Part shown: positions 17,300-26,107 of the stretch, in pieces
Position numbering within the stretch: position 1 is the first letter of the stretch
Layout: each line of letters opens with the position of its first letter
Source: Verrucomicrobiota bacterium
GTDB lineage: Bacteria > Verrucomicrobiota > Verrucomicrobiia > Chthoniobacterales > UBA10450
Assembly (NCBI GenBank): GCA_003218305.1
Contig: QHMY01000038.1
Coordinates: 7,464 to 71,463, forward strand
Length of the DNA: 64,000 nt
Reading direction: 5' to 3'
Position numbers and translations under genes: made by a program
The notes under the pieces: model-generated
What the model saw: only the letters and a program-made list of their open reading frames with translations
Databases searched by the model: none
What the model was told of the DNA's origin: nothing

Positions 17300-18130
17300 A
17301 TGAAAGCTGCCAACCTATCCGGGCTTCCCGTCGCTGTTACTATATGTACATTGCTCGTTGGCCCGTTGGGCCGGGTCTCCGCTGTCGGCGCGGAGAAAGC
17401 TCCCCGCGGAACAGATTATGAGCGGGAAGAGCTCGGCGTAAATCCCTATACCGCGCCGTCTGTCGCGGAGATCTTCCAACAGCTCGACGACCTCAAGCCC
17501 CTCCCGTTTGAGCAACTCAAGCGCGACTTCCCGCAGGCCACGCACTCCAGCCGGGAGCAGATGGGAATGGTTTTTGGCGGATTGGTCGCGGACGGCTTCC
17601 TTATTGTCGAATGCGAAAAGAAAACTCTGGTCGATGAGCTTGGCCGCGTCCTGCTCCGCCAGGCGCGCAGTCTCGGGGTGGGCGATCGCGTCATGCGCCA
17701 CAGCGCGAGTTTGACCGAACTCGGCCAGCGGGGCGATTGGACGGCCGTGCGGCGCGAGTTAATCGCCACGCAGAACGATGTCGAGCGGGCCATGACGGCA
17801 TTGCGCGATCAAAAACTAGCGCACTTGATCAGTCTGGGTGGCTGGCTCCGCGGTCTCGAGATTACGTCGGGAGCCGTGGAATCCAAATACAGTCCGGAGC
17901 GGGCCGCCGTTTTGTGGCAGCGCGACTTGATCAACTATTTCGCTGAGGAGCTCGAGACCCTTCCCCCTCCTGTTGCTCATACGCCACTTTTCGAAAAGCT
18001 TCGTTCGGGCGTTGGCACCATCCGGACACTTCTCAACCACGCATCCCCCGATCAAATGAGCCTCTCGGAGGTAAAGGCGCTCCACGAGCAAGCGCGGGAG
18101 CTGAATGCCGCCATTGCCGCGGGAGAGTAA
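17300..18130 (+). CDS. hypothetical secreted protein
   Basis: A signal peptide MKAANLSGLPVAVTICTLLVGPLGRVSAVGA is followed by a helical-looking ~250 aa with no recognised domain. The track ORF starts at 17246. Confidence 0.55.
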   Translation: MKAANLSGLPVAVTICTLLVGPLGRVSAVGAEKAPRGTDYEREELGVNPYTAPSVAEIFQQLDDLKPLPFEQLKRDFPQATHSSREQMGMVFGGLVADGFLIVECEKKTLVDELGRVLLRQARSLGVGDRVMRHSASLTELGQRGDWTAVRRELIATQNDVERAMTALRDQKLAHLISLGGWLRGLEITSGAVESKYSPERAAVLWQRDLINYFAEELETLPPPVAHTPLFEKLRSGVGTIRTLLNHASPDQMSLSEVKALHEQARELNAAIAAGE

Positions 18131-18185
18131 GCTGGCCCGCCCCCACATATAGAGCCTTGCCGGAGCCGGATAGACGACCGAGTTT

Positions 18186-20711
18186 TTGATGCCGATGTTC
18201 CGGACCCAATCCATCCCTTCTTTGGCTGGCGTAAAACGCCGCTACCGATTCGAGCGCTTCCATATTGTCGTCGCGATTCTCCTGGCCGGCTGGTTCCCGT
18301 GCATCCTGATGCCGGTCATTTCTTACCGGATCTTGTCGAATACGCTCGAATCAAAGATCCTCCACGACCGCCAAACCTTCGTCCAATTGGTCGCGCATCT
18401 CGTGGGCGATGATCTCAGCCGGACCGGGAGCGTCATCGAGTACTACCAGACCCAGCCCGAAGTCGTGAAGATGTTATCCGGTCCGAACGCCGGGATTGCG
18501 GCCCAGCAATGGCTGGCCCTGACCTTTTATGCGCATGCACGGATTGATGGCATGTTCATCGCCGCCCCGGACGGCCGATTGATCGCTTCGCTGCCGGCGA
18601 TCCCGGCATCCGATGCCCAGGACAATTCGTCGGTTCTCTGGCGGGAAGGCGCTGCAGGCTCAACCGACGTGTATGTCTCCCCGGTTCATCCACGACTGCC
18701 CGATAACCGCATGACGACAGATATCGTCGGAGCCGTTCGGACCCCGGAAGGGGCAATCGTCGGGTATCTTGGAGTGTCGGTCCTGGTAGAACGAATCGGG
18801 CGGAGGCTTTCTTCCATCGATTTCCATGGCGCAAATTGTCAGGTCATCGACCAAAGTGGCATGGCGCTTTTCACGAATAATTTCGTGCCGAACATGAGTG
18901 CCGCTGCGCCGCAACCGCGGGGGCTCTACGAAGAGATTCGCCAGGGGCAAACCGGCCACCTCGAACGCAACGGAAACCTGTATTCGTTCACCACGATCGA
19001 TACCACCGGCTGGATGACGGTCGTCGACGAGCCAAGAGCCGTGGCCTACGCACCGGTGCGCGACCTGTTTAGCAAGCTCATTTTTCCGGCGGCGTGGTTA
19101 ATTATTCTCACCGCGATTGGCGCCTGGCTTGCGGGAAAATTCACGCGGCGCCAGGCCGAGACCGCGCGAAGGATCGAACGCGAAGTCATCTTCAACGAAA
19201 AGATCCTGGCCAACATGCCCAGCGGCATTGCCCTGGTGGATCCGGAGTCGCGCCATTTTTTGCAAGCCAACCAAGCCTTTGGCGAAATGGCCAAGCGTTT
19301 CGGTGCGCTGCCCCCGGAAAAGGATATTCACGAGGCCAGCTACGACGACGTGAAGATAGCGCCGGCGGAAGCGATCGAGAGGGTGCTGGCGTTCGGAGCG
19401 CCCTTTCAACTCGTCGAACAGCCGTTCCAGGATCAAAACGGCATGACTCGGTTCGTAAACGTAAATCTGCTCCGACTCCAAGGTTCCGAACAAACCATTC
19501 AAGGCGTGCTCTATCTGGTCGAAGACAAGACACGCGATGTTACCCTGCGCCAGGAGCTGATCGGCGCCAACGCGGCCAAGGATCAATTCCTGGCCTTGCT
19601 CTCGCATGAGCTGCGAAACCCGCTATCGCCCGTTATCGCCATGGTCGGCGAGTTGGAAGCGAGCGCTCCGGATACACCTGACGTGCGGCGGGCCCTCGAA
19701 GTGATTCGGCGCAACGTCGAATTGGAAGCACGCTTGATCGATGATCTCCTCGATGTCACGCGAATTTCAAAAGGCAAACTTCAGCTCAGCCTGGAAACGG
19801 TGAGCGTGCATGAAATATTGCAGCGGTCCTACGAAATTTGCCGTGAGGACATCGCCGCTAAAGATCTCAAGATCGAATTCCGTTTGCGCGCGGAACACGT
19901 CTATGTCGAAGGCGATTCGGCTCGGCTTCAGCAGGTCTTTTGGAATTTGATCAAGAACAGCGTGAAATTTACGCCGGAAAAAGGCCGGATTGTCATTGAA
20001 ACGCTCAACCCTTCCTCCGGTGCGATTGAGATCCGGACCACGGACACCGGCATCGGCATCGAGGGGGACAAAATGCAGACAATCTTTAACGCGTTCGAGC
20101 AGGGGCAAAGCTCCATCACGCGGAGATTCGGCGGGCTTGGACTGGGCTTGGCCATCTCAAAGGCGATGGTTTCGGCCCACGGCGGGATAATCCGGGCTGA
20201 GAGTAACGGAAGGGACCGGGGGGCCACCTTTACCGTAACACTCAAGACCGTGGCAGCGCCAGCCGCGGCCTCTGTCGATCGGGACAAGAAACCGCCCAAG
20301 GAAAAGCCAGTTCGAGGAGCTCAACAGGCGAGGCCAAAGCGCCGCGTCCTCGTGGTCGACGATCACTACGACACGTGCACCGGGATGAAGATGATGCTGG
20401 AACGCCGCGGATACCGGGTCACGCTCGCGCATACTGCAGACCAGGCGGTCGAACGAACCCGCCACGAGGAATTCGATTTTGTCATCAGCGATATTGGACT
20501 GCCGGATCGGTCCGGATATGAGCTGATGCAGGAACTAAGCAAATCCAAGGGACTCCCGGGGATTGCCCTCAGCGGATTCGGGATGGAAAATGATGTCAGC
20601 CGCGCCCGCGCCGCTGGGTTTTCCGAGCACCTGACCAAACCGATCAACTTCGATCGTTTGGAGGAATCGATCCAGAATCTGTGGGAGGCGGAACCTGCGG
20701 TCGGTCCGTAA
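18186..20711 (+). CDS. hybrid sensor histidine kinase/response regulator (periplasmic Cache-like sensor, PAS, HisKA, HATPase_c, REC)
   Basis: The H-box is FLALLSHELRNPLSPV, with G-boxes DTGIGIEGD / GGLGLGLAISK. The C-terminal receiver is RVLVVDDH...DFVISDIGLPDRSGYEL...TKP. Confidence 0.9.
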   Translation: MMPMFRTQSIPSLAGVKRRYRFERFHIVVAILLAGWFPCILMPVISYRILSNTLESKILHDRQTFVQLVAHLVGDDLSRTGSVIEYYQTQPEVVKMLSGPNAGIAAQQWLALTFYAHARIDGMFIAAPDGRLIASLPAIPASDAQDNSSVLWREGAAGSTDVYVSPVHPRLPDNRMTTDIVGAVRTPEGAIVGYLGVSVLVERIGRRLSSIDFHGANCQVIDQSGMALFTNNFVPNMSAAAPQPRGLYEEIRQGQTGHLERNGNLYSFTTIDTTGWMTVVDEPRAVAYAPVRDLFSKLIFPAAWLIILTAIGAWLAGKFTRRQAETARRIEREVIFNEKILANMPSGIALVDPESRHFLQANQAFGEMAKRFGALPPEKDIHEASYDDVKIAPAEAIERVLAFGAPFQLVEQPFQDQNGMTRFVNVNLLRLQGSEQTIQGVLYLVEDKTRDVTLRQELIGANAAKDQFLALLSHELRNPLSPVIAMVGELEASAPDTPDVRRALEVIRRNVELEARLIDDLLDVTRISKGKLQLSLETVSVHEILQRSYEICREDIAAKDLKIEFRLRAEHVYVEGDSARLQQVFWNLIKNSVKFTPEKGRIVIETLNPSSGAIEIRTTDTGIGIEGDKMQTIFNAFEQGQSSITRRFGGLGLGLAISKAMVSAHGGIIRAESNGRDRGATFTVTLKTVAAPAAASVDRDKKPPKEKPVRGAQQARPKRRVLVVDDHYDTCTGMKMMLERRGYRVTLAHTADQAVERTRHEEFDFVISDIGLPDRSGYELMQELSKSKGLPGIALSGFGMENDVSRARAAGFSEHLTKPINFDRLEESIQNLWEAEPAVGP

Positions 20712-20728
20712 ACCGATCTGGGGGACTA

Positions 20729-21082
20729 CTACGTTTTCCCAACAGCTTCGCGTTCCGCTTCCTGCTTGTCCGAGGCTTCCTTCAGCTCGCGCGAGAGTTT
20801 CTCCACCCGCTGACGCATGATTTTCCCCGCCTTGAACTTGACGGTGGCACGCGGCGGAATGACAAAACTGCTGCCCGGTTCGTTCGGATTGCGGCCCACA
20901 CGGGGCTTGGTCAGGCGCGGTTGAAAGACGCCAAAATTGCGCAGTTCAACGGCGACATTGTTGGCCAGACTGTTAGTAATATGGTCCAGGGTTCGTTGCA
21001 CAACTTCAAAGACGTCATGCTGGACCATCCCAGTCTGATTGCTGATGGCCACAACGATATCCCTCTTGGTTAGTTTCGGCAT
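20729..21082 (-). CDS. HU/IHF-family DNA-binding protein with charged C-terminal extension
   Basis: LTKRDIVVAISNQTG...VELRNFGVFQPRLTKPRVGRNPNEPGSSFVIPPRATVKFKAGK is a typical IHF/HU arm. An extra ~25 aa K/E-rich tail follows. Confidence 0.85.
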   Translation of the reverse strand: MPKLTKRDIVVAISNQTGMVQHDVFEVVQRTLDHITNSLANNVAVELRNFGVFQPRLTKPRVGRNPNEPGSSFVIPPRATVKFKAGKIMRQRVEKLSRELKEASDKQEAEREAVGKT

Positions 21083-21141
21083 ATCACTAGTGAATCGTGT
21101 CCCGACCCCAGGGTGGTGGGCATAATCGCAACAAAATTAAT

Positions 21142-21160
21142 GGTCTGCAAGGGGCAGACC
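21142..21160 (-). terminator. candidate intrinsic terminator downstream of 21199..21639
   Basis: GGTCTGC-(5 nt)-GCAGACC forms a 7-bp stem. On the minus strand it is followed by ATTAATTTTGTT. Confidence 0.4.
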
Positions 21161-21198
21161 ACCTGCCAGGACTCTGCAGGGACTATAGCGGCTGGCTT

Positions 21199-21639
21199 TT
21201 AGCGCCTGCCGGCCGGCTGCAAGGAAGGGAAAAGGCGGCTTAGATAGTAGGTAATGGGAGTCTGGCCCGCCAGCGCCTTACGCCGGGACTTTAGCTGACC
21301 CTGCACCACGCCAAGCTTGGTGAAGACGCCGTTCCACTCCGATTCGAGGCGTCGGACTTCTTCGTTGGTGAGTTCGCGCACCCCGCGCACAGAAACGCAG
21401 CGCTGCAGCACATTCATCGCCCGTCCCGAGAGCTCTGCGAGGATGCCCAGCTCCTCGAACACATGCTCGGTCTCCTGCAGCAGGCTCGCTCGTATTTCGG
21501 TGAACTGACGTTCCCGATCCGCCGAGATCATCGGCTTGGTTTTGTCGAGACCATAGGTGATCACGTCATGCAGCTTCTTCCAATTATCCAGCTGCAAGGT
21601 GATCAGTCTGAGTTTGGTTTCGACGGCTTTGTCTCTCAT
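21199..21639 (-). CDS. hypothetical protein (helical, no recognised domain)
   Basis: 146-aa ORF with a 4-nt ATGA overlap with the upstream DUF4388 gene, implying co-translation. Confidence 0.55.
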   Translation of the reverse strand: MRDKAVETKLRLITLQLDNWKKLHDVITYGLDKTKPMISADRERQFTEIRASLLQETEHVFEELGILAELSGRAMNVLQRCVSVRGVRELTNEEVRRLESEWNGVFTKLGVVQGQLKSRRKALAGQTPITYYLSRLFPSLQPAGRR

Positions 21640-22370
21640 GATGGTCCGGCCGCTGAAAGTTCAAGGGTTTCGTCGAGCTTCTGCAGGTTGTCGATTAGAA
21701 GGTGTGCCCAGGGGCGGTCGACGCTCTGCACCTGGCTGATGATGCCTTCTTCAAAGTAAAACCGGCCCTGGCGCCAACGGAAAATTTCGGCGACGGCGGA
21801 CTCGCCTTCAAGCGATCCAAACACGGCGTGCCGGACAGATCCGTGAGCAAGGTAGATTTCGCTATTGCCGCGCCCCGACTTGAAGGTAAAGCGGCCGCTG
21901 CGCTGGCCCAGGCAGCTCATCTGGAGAATTTCGGCGGCGGAAAACTGGTTGAGATTGCCGATGAGCGAATGGCAGGGGTCGATTCCTTCAGCCGGTATCC
22001 CGCCTTGCGCGAGAGATCGCACAAAACCGTGCAATTGTCGGCGCAGCCACCGCTCGCTGCCATTAGCCACTACCCGCATGATTTTTTGCTGCTGAGCCAC
22101 GCTCACGAATTCTTCGTCGTGCGGTCTCGGAGCGAGGCACATGATATTCAGCGAAGGGAAATGTTGGCGGGCGTTCGTCGCCTGTTCCAGGGCCATGGCT
22201 GCCTCTCCTTCCACCACAAAGCCGTCGAAATTCTCGGCCAACAAGACGGAAACCGCATCGGACAATCGTCGGACGACGCGGATCTCGATATCGTCGATCT
22301 CATCGAAAATGCCAAGGGCACGGTCCTGAAAGACCGGATCAGCATTCAGTATTAGAAGCCTGGTTTCCAC
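21636..22370 (-). CDS. PATAN/DUF4388 domain protein with N-terminal receiver-like domain
   Basis: The C-terminal part GNLNQFSAAEILQMSCLGQRSGRFTFKSGRGNSEIYLAHGSVRHAVFGSLEGESAVAEIFRWRQGRFYFEEG matches the DUF4388 pattern. The N-terminal ~110 aa look like a REC fold, but the acceptor position reads FDGFVVEGE. Confidence 0.7.
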   Translation of the reverse strand: METRLLILNADPVFQDRALGIFDEIDDIEIRVVRRLSDAVSVLLAENFDGFVVEGEAAMALEQATNARQHFPSLNIMCLAPRPHDEEFVSVAQQQKIMRVVANGSERWLRRQLHGFVRSLAQGGIPAEGIDPCHSLIGNLNQFSAAEILQMSCLGQRSGRFTFKSGRGNSEIYLAHGSVRHAVFGSLEGESAVAEIFRWRQGRFYFEEGIISQVQSVDRPWAHLLIDNLQKLDETLELSAAGPS

Positions 22371-22418
22371 AAATGCGCTTTTAGAGGCAAAGCGTAGATA
22401 GCAGGAAGCCTGCCTACC

Positions 22419-22439
22419 GGGGCGGGAAGCTCCCGCCCC
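22419..22439 (-). terminator. GC-rich hairpin immediately after the rnhC stop (candidate terminator or insulator)
   Basis: GGGGCGGGA-AGC-TCCCGCCCC forms a 9-bp perfect stem. A T-run (TTTAT) is present only on the plus-strand side. Confidence 0.35.
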
Positions 22440-22440
22440 T

Positions 22441-23388
22441 TTATCTGCGCCACTCGCGCCGGGGAGGCGGGGCCGCGTAGCTCTCGGGAGCGATCTCGTG
22501 GGCCGTGCGAAAATGCACCTTGGCTACCTTGCGCAACGCCTCGGGACCCCCGGCCTCTACCAGCTTTTTCGCCACCTCCTTTACTTGGGCCGAAACCCCG
22601 CGTCCCAACTTCGCGCCCACCGCTTTTCCTCGCCGATCCAGCCAGTCAATAAAGGCTTCACGCGCCAGGATAGACGCCGCCGCCACCGCGAGATCGGACT
22701 CTGCCTTGGTGCGCTGTTCCAGACGGATATTCTTTCCGTGTTGGAGCAGCGACCGTTCAATCACCCGGCTGTCCGCAAATTTGTCCGACAAAGCCCGCGG
22801 GCAGTCCGGCTTTTTCGCAAGCAGGTTCTCAATTACGCGAGCATGGCCCCAGCCCAGCAAGCTGTTCAGGTTGCCAAACTTTTCATAAAGATCGTTGTAG
22901 CGCTCCGGCCCGATCGCAACGGTATCAACCGCGATTCCAGCCGTAGTCCGAATGATCTTGGCGAGAGCTCGAATCCGCGCATCCGATCCGATTCGCTTGC
23001 TGTCCTGAATGCCGGACTGGAGAAACGTGCGCGCGATTGCGGTATCTACGTAGACGCCCGCGATGACCAGCGGCCCAAAGAAGTCGCCCTTCCCGCTTTC
23101 ATCGATCCCGAAATGCGGCTCGAACATTTCCGGTGAATGAACCTCTTCGTAGCCGAGCTTTGCTTCCTCAAGAATCTTCGGTTCCAGCTGGAATTGGACA
23201 AATTCCTCCAGCCCTTTGCCTTGCAGCAAGACTTTCGGGCCTTTCTCGTAAACCGCGACGCTGAGCTTGTCTTTCTGGGCGAAAAAGAGGGTGTAAGGCC
23301 TCGTTCCGAAGTCGAAGCCAAGCTCTTGCAGCAGAACGCGCAGCTTCGCGGCCTGGTCCGGAGAAAGCGGGTGAGTGTACGAGTTCAT
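22441..23388 (-). CDS. rnhC: ribonuclease HIII
   Basis: The N-terminal RNase HIII-specific domain is MNSYTHPLSPDQAAKLRVLLQELGF...VAVYEKGPKVLLQGKG. The catalytic motif is GIDESGKGDFFGPLVIAGV. The maximal ORF starts at TTG 23418 inside the heptamer repeat, so ATG 23388 is preferred. Confidence 0.85.
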   Translation of the reverse strand: MNSYTHPLSPDQAAKLRVLLQELGFDFGTRPYTLFFAQKDKLSVAVYEKGPKVLLQGKGLEEFVQFQLEPKILEEAKLGYEEVHSPEMFEPHFGIDESGKGDFFGPLVIAGVYVDTAIARTFLQSGIQDSKRIGSDARIRALAKIIRTTAGIAVDTVAIGPERYNDLYEKFGNLNSLLGWGHARVIENLLAKKPDCPRALSDKFADSRVIERSLLQHGKNIRLEQRTKAESDLAVAAASILAREAFIDWLDRRGKAVGAKLGRGVSAQVKEVAKKLVEAGGPEALRKVAKVHFRTAHEIAPESYAAPPPRREWRR

Positions 23389-23401
23389 CCTTCGCGGGGA
23401 A

Positions 23402-23546
23402 GAACGTCCAACGTCCAACGCTCAACGTCCAACGCCCAATCGCAGAATCAGCCGGATTAGCCGGGGCACGTTCGATCGTCGACGTTGGAAGTTTAACCAG
23501 TGCTTCATTTGAACGTTGGACGTTGAGCGTTGGACGTTGGACGTTC
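23402..23546. repeat. perfect 33-bp inverted repeat (arms 23402-23434 and 23514-23546) built from CCAACGY heptamers, with a 79-bp spacer
   Basis: The left arm GAACGTCCAACGTCCAACGCTCAACGTCCAACG is the exact reverse complement of the right arm CGTTGGACGTTGAGCGTTGGACGTTGGACGTTC (read directly from the sequence). Confidence 0.9.
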
Positions 23547-24581
23547 CCCTCCATCAACGCGAACCCTGTCGCACACCCTGCATCATTCCGCCGCCGCCTC
23601 CTCGCCTGGTATCGCAAACACGGCCGTGATCTCCCCTGGCGCCGGACCACGGATCCCTATGCGATTCTTGTGTCGGAACTGATGCTTCAGCAGACTCAAG
23701 TCGCCACCGTTATTCCCTATTATCAGATGTGGCTGCGGCGTTTCCCCGATTTCAGCTCGCTGGCCGTCGCGTCGGAACAGGAGGTCTTGCACGCCTGGCA
23801 GGGCCTCGGCTACTACACCCGCGCCCGTAACCTGCGCGCAGCCGCCCAGACCATAATGAACAAACACGGTGGCCGTTTTCCACGGTCGTTGAGCGCGATT
23901 CACGATTTGCCGGGTGTCGGTCGTTACACGGCAAACGCCGTGGCCACGTTCGCCTTCAATCGAACCGTTCCGATCGTTGAAGCGAACATCGCGCGTCTGC
24001 TAGCCCGGCTCGTCGACCTTCAAATTCCGGTCGATTCCAGCATGGGCCGCGACGCATTGTGGCGTTGCGCCACCGAGCTCCTGCCCAGTCGCAGTGCCGG
24101 GCTCTACAACTCGGCCCTGATGGATTTGGGCGCATTGGTTTGCTCCTCGCGGCCTAAATGTGTTCTCTGCCCCGTCCGAGATTTCTGCCAGACCAGGGAT
24201 CCCGCCCGGCTTCCCCTAAAGAGAATGCGTCCATCAACCAAGCGGCAAACGGAGTACCATGGACTCGCGGTGCGACGGGGCAGCGTCCTGCTGGAGCAAT
24301 CACAGAATCGCTGGCGCGGGATGTGGATGCTGCCGAGATTGGCTGCAGCGGGGCCGAAAAGCAGGCCGCTTTACGTTTCGGAGTTTGCCTTCACCAATCA
24401 TCGGATCACGCTGACTGTCTTCCGGCGGCCGGCCGTCGAGGGTTCGAGAAAATCCAAGCAGCGTTGGTTTCGGATCGACCGCCTTCAGTCTGTCCCGTTA
24501 CCTTCTCCCCACCGCCGGGCATTAGAGATGTTGATTTCGGCCGAGCCGCACAGACTTTACGCCCCGGTCACTCCGACCTAA
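23523..24581 (+). CDS. mutY: A/G-specific adenine DNA glycosylase
   Basis: Motifs: LLAWYRKHGRDLPWR..DPYAILVSELMLQQTQV, the HhH-GPD motif LPGVGRYTANAV, the 4Fe-4S cluster loop CSSRPKCVLCPVRDFC, and a C-terminal NUDIX-like domain. The only canonical in-frame start before the conserved core is TTG 23523, inside the repeat arm. Confidence 0.85.
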   Translation: MSVGRWTFPSINANPVAHPASFRRRLLAWYRKHGRDLPWRRTTDPYAILVSELMLQQTQVATVIPYYQMWLRRFPDFSSLAVASEQEVLHAWQGLGYYTRARNLRAAAQTIMNKHGGRFPRSLSAIHDLPGVGRYTANAVATFAFNRTVPIVEANIARLLARLVDLQIPVDSSMGRDALWRCATELLPSRSAGLYNSALMDLGALVCSSRPKCVLCPVRDFCQTRDPARLPLKRMRPSTKRQTEYHGLAVRRGSVLLEQSQNRWRGMWMLPRLAAAGPKSRPLYVSEFAFTNHRITLTVFRRPAVEGSRKSKQRWFRIDRLQSVPLPSPHRRALEMLISAEPHRLYAPVTPT

Positions 24582-24617
24582 TTTCGCCTAACGAACCTCG
24601 ATATCTAAGATCCAAGA

Positions 24618-25493
24618 ATGCGAAGCATGACCGGTTACGGCCGTGGCGAAGTCGACCACGGTGGAGTGAAGTTGAGCGTGGAGCTTAATTCCGTAAATCG
24701 CAAGCAGAGCGACATCGTCGTGAATCTTCCGCGCGATCTCGCTGAGCTGGAACCGCGCATTCGCCAGACGCTGAACGAGAAAATCTCGCGGGGCCGGATG
24801 AATGTCCTGATCACTTTGCAGGAAAGCCCAAATGGGGCGCGCCAGCTCGCGCTCGACACCGCTCTGGCGCGTTCCTACCACGAAGCGATGCTCACCCTGC
24901 AAAAAGAACTGAGCGCCCCCGGCGAAATCACCATCGGCACAATTCTCCAGGCGCCGGGCGTAATGCGTTCCCCCGAGCATAGCATCGACGCCGCCAAAGC
25001 CTGGCCGGCTCTCCAGCAGGCTCTCGGGGAGGCTCTGGGCGATTTGATCAAGATGCGGGAGCGCGAGGGGAAGCATCTCGCCAAGGATTTGATTCATCGC
25101 CTGAAAGTTTTGCGCAAGGAAATCAAGAGCGTTCGCGCGGGTTACCCCGAGGTGGTAAAGAAATATCGCGGTGCGTTGCTCGAACGAATCGAAAAAGCAG
25201 GCCTCAATCTCCCGATCGACGACGAGCGCCTGCTGAAGGAGGTCGCCTTCTTCGCCGATCGCTCCGATATCTCGGAAGAAATGACGCGCCTCGAAAGCCA
25301 TCTCGCCCAATTCGCCCATCATCTGCGCAAAAACGAGCCAGTTGGCCGCACGCTCGAATTCATCACGCAGGAAATCTTCCGGGAACTGAACACGCTCGGC
25401 GCGAAATCCAACGACGCCGCCATTTCCCAGCATGTCGTGGCGTGCAAATCGGAATTGGAGAAAATTCGTGAGCAAATCCAAAACCTTGAGTAA
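24618..25493 (+). CDS. yicC: YicC-family stress-induced endoribonuclease
   Basis: The MRSMTGYGRGE start is diagnostic. The C-terminal DUF1732-like part is EEMTRLESHL..EFITQEIFRELNTLGAKSND. Confidence 0.9.
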   Translation: MRSMTGYGRGEVDHGGVKLSVELNSVNRKQSDIVVNLPRDLAELEPRIRQTLNEKISRGRMNVLITLQESPNGARQLALDTALARSYHEAMLTLQKELSAPGEITIGTILQAPGVMRSPEHSIDAAKAWPALQQALGEALGDLIKMREREGKHLAKDLIHRLKVLRKEIKSVRAGYPEVVKKYRGALLERIEKAGLNLPIDDERLLKEVAFFADRSDISEEMTRLESHLAQFAHHLRKNEPVGRTLEFITQEIFRELNTLGAKSNDAAISQHVVACKSELEKIREQIQNLE

Positions 25494-26097
25494 TCAATTC
25501 ACGCGCACCGGAATCTTGTTCGTGGTTTCCGCTCCCTCGGGCGCCGGCAAGACGACCCTGTGCGACGCTCTGCGCCAGACGCCCGACTTCATTTACTCCG
25601 TTTCCTGCACGACGCGGCCGCCGCGCGCTGGTGAAATTGAAGGCGAGGATTATCATTTCTTGTCCGAGTCGGATTTCCTCGATCGAGTCAAGACGGGAGA
25701 ATTTTTGGAGCATGCCAAGGTGCACGAGCATTATTACGGCACCCTGCGAAAGCCCCTTATCACCAATCTTGAGAACGGCGTGGATGTCCTGATCGATATC
25801 GACATTCAGGGCGCCGCCACTATTCGGGCCTGCGAGGATCAGACCGTCCGGCAGGCGCTCTGCGACGTTTTTATCATGCCCCCCGATCTTGAGGAATTAC
25901 GGCGCCGCCTGAAGAAACGCGGGACGGAAACCGCCAAACAAATCGACCTGCGCATCGTGACCGCCGCGCGCGAAATGGCCCTCTGGCGGGATTATCGCTA
26001 CACGATCATCAGCAAATCGATGGAAGAAGATTTGCTAAAGTTTCGCCATATCATGGGCGCCGAACGCTACTTGAGCCGACGCCTTTCCCTTGCCTGA
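25432..26097 (+). CDS. gmk: guanylate kinase
   Basis: Motifs: ILFVVSAPSGAGKTTL, SCTTRPPRAGEIEGEDYHF, EHAKVHEHYYGT. The true start is probably GTG 25468 or TTG 25486, overlapping the yicC stop. Confidence 0.9.
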   Translation: MSWRANRNWRKFVSKSKTLSNQFTRTGILFVVSAPSGAGKTTLCDALRQTPDFIYSVSCTTRPPRAGEIEGEDYHFLSESDFLDRVKTGEFLEHAKVHEHYYGTLRKPLITNLENGVDVLIDIDIQGAATIRACEDQTVRQALCDVFIMPPDLEELRRRLKKRGTETAKQIDLRIVTAAREMALWRDYRYTIISKSMEEDLLKFRHIMGAERYLSRRLSLA

Positions 26098-26107
26098 TTA
26101 ATCTTCC

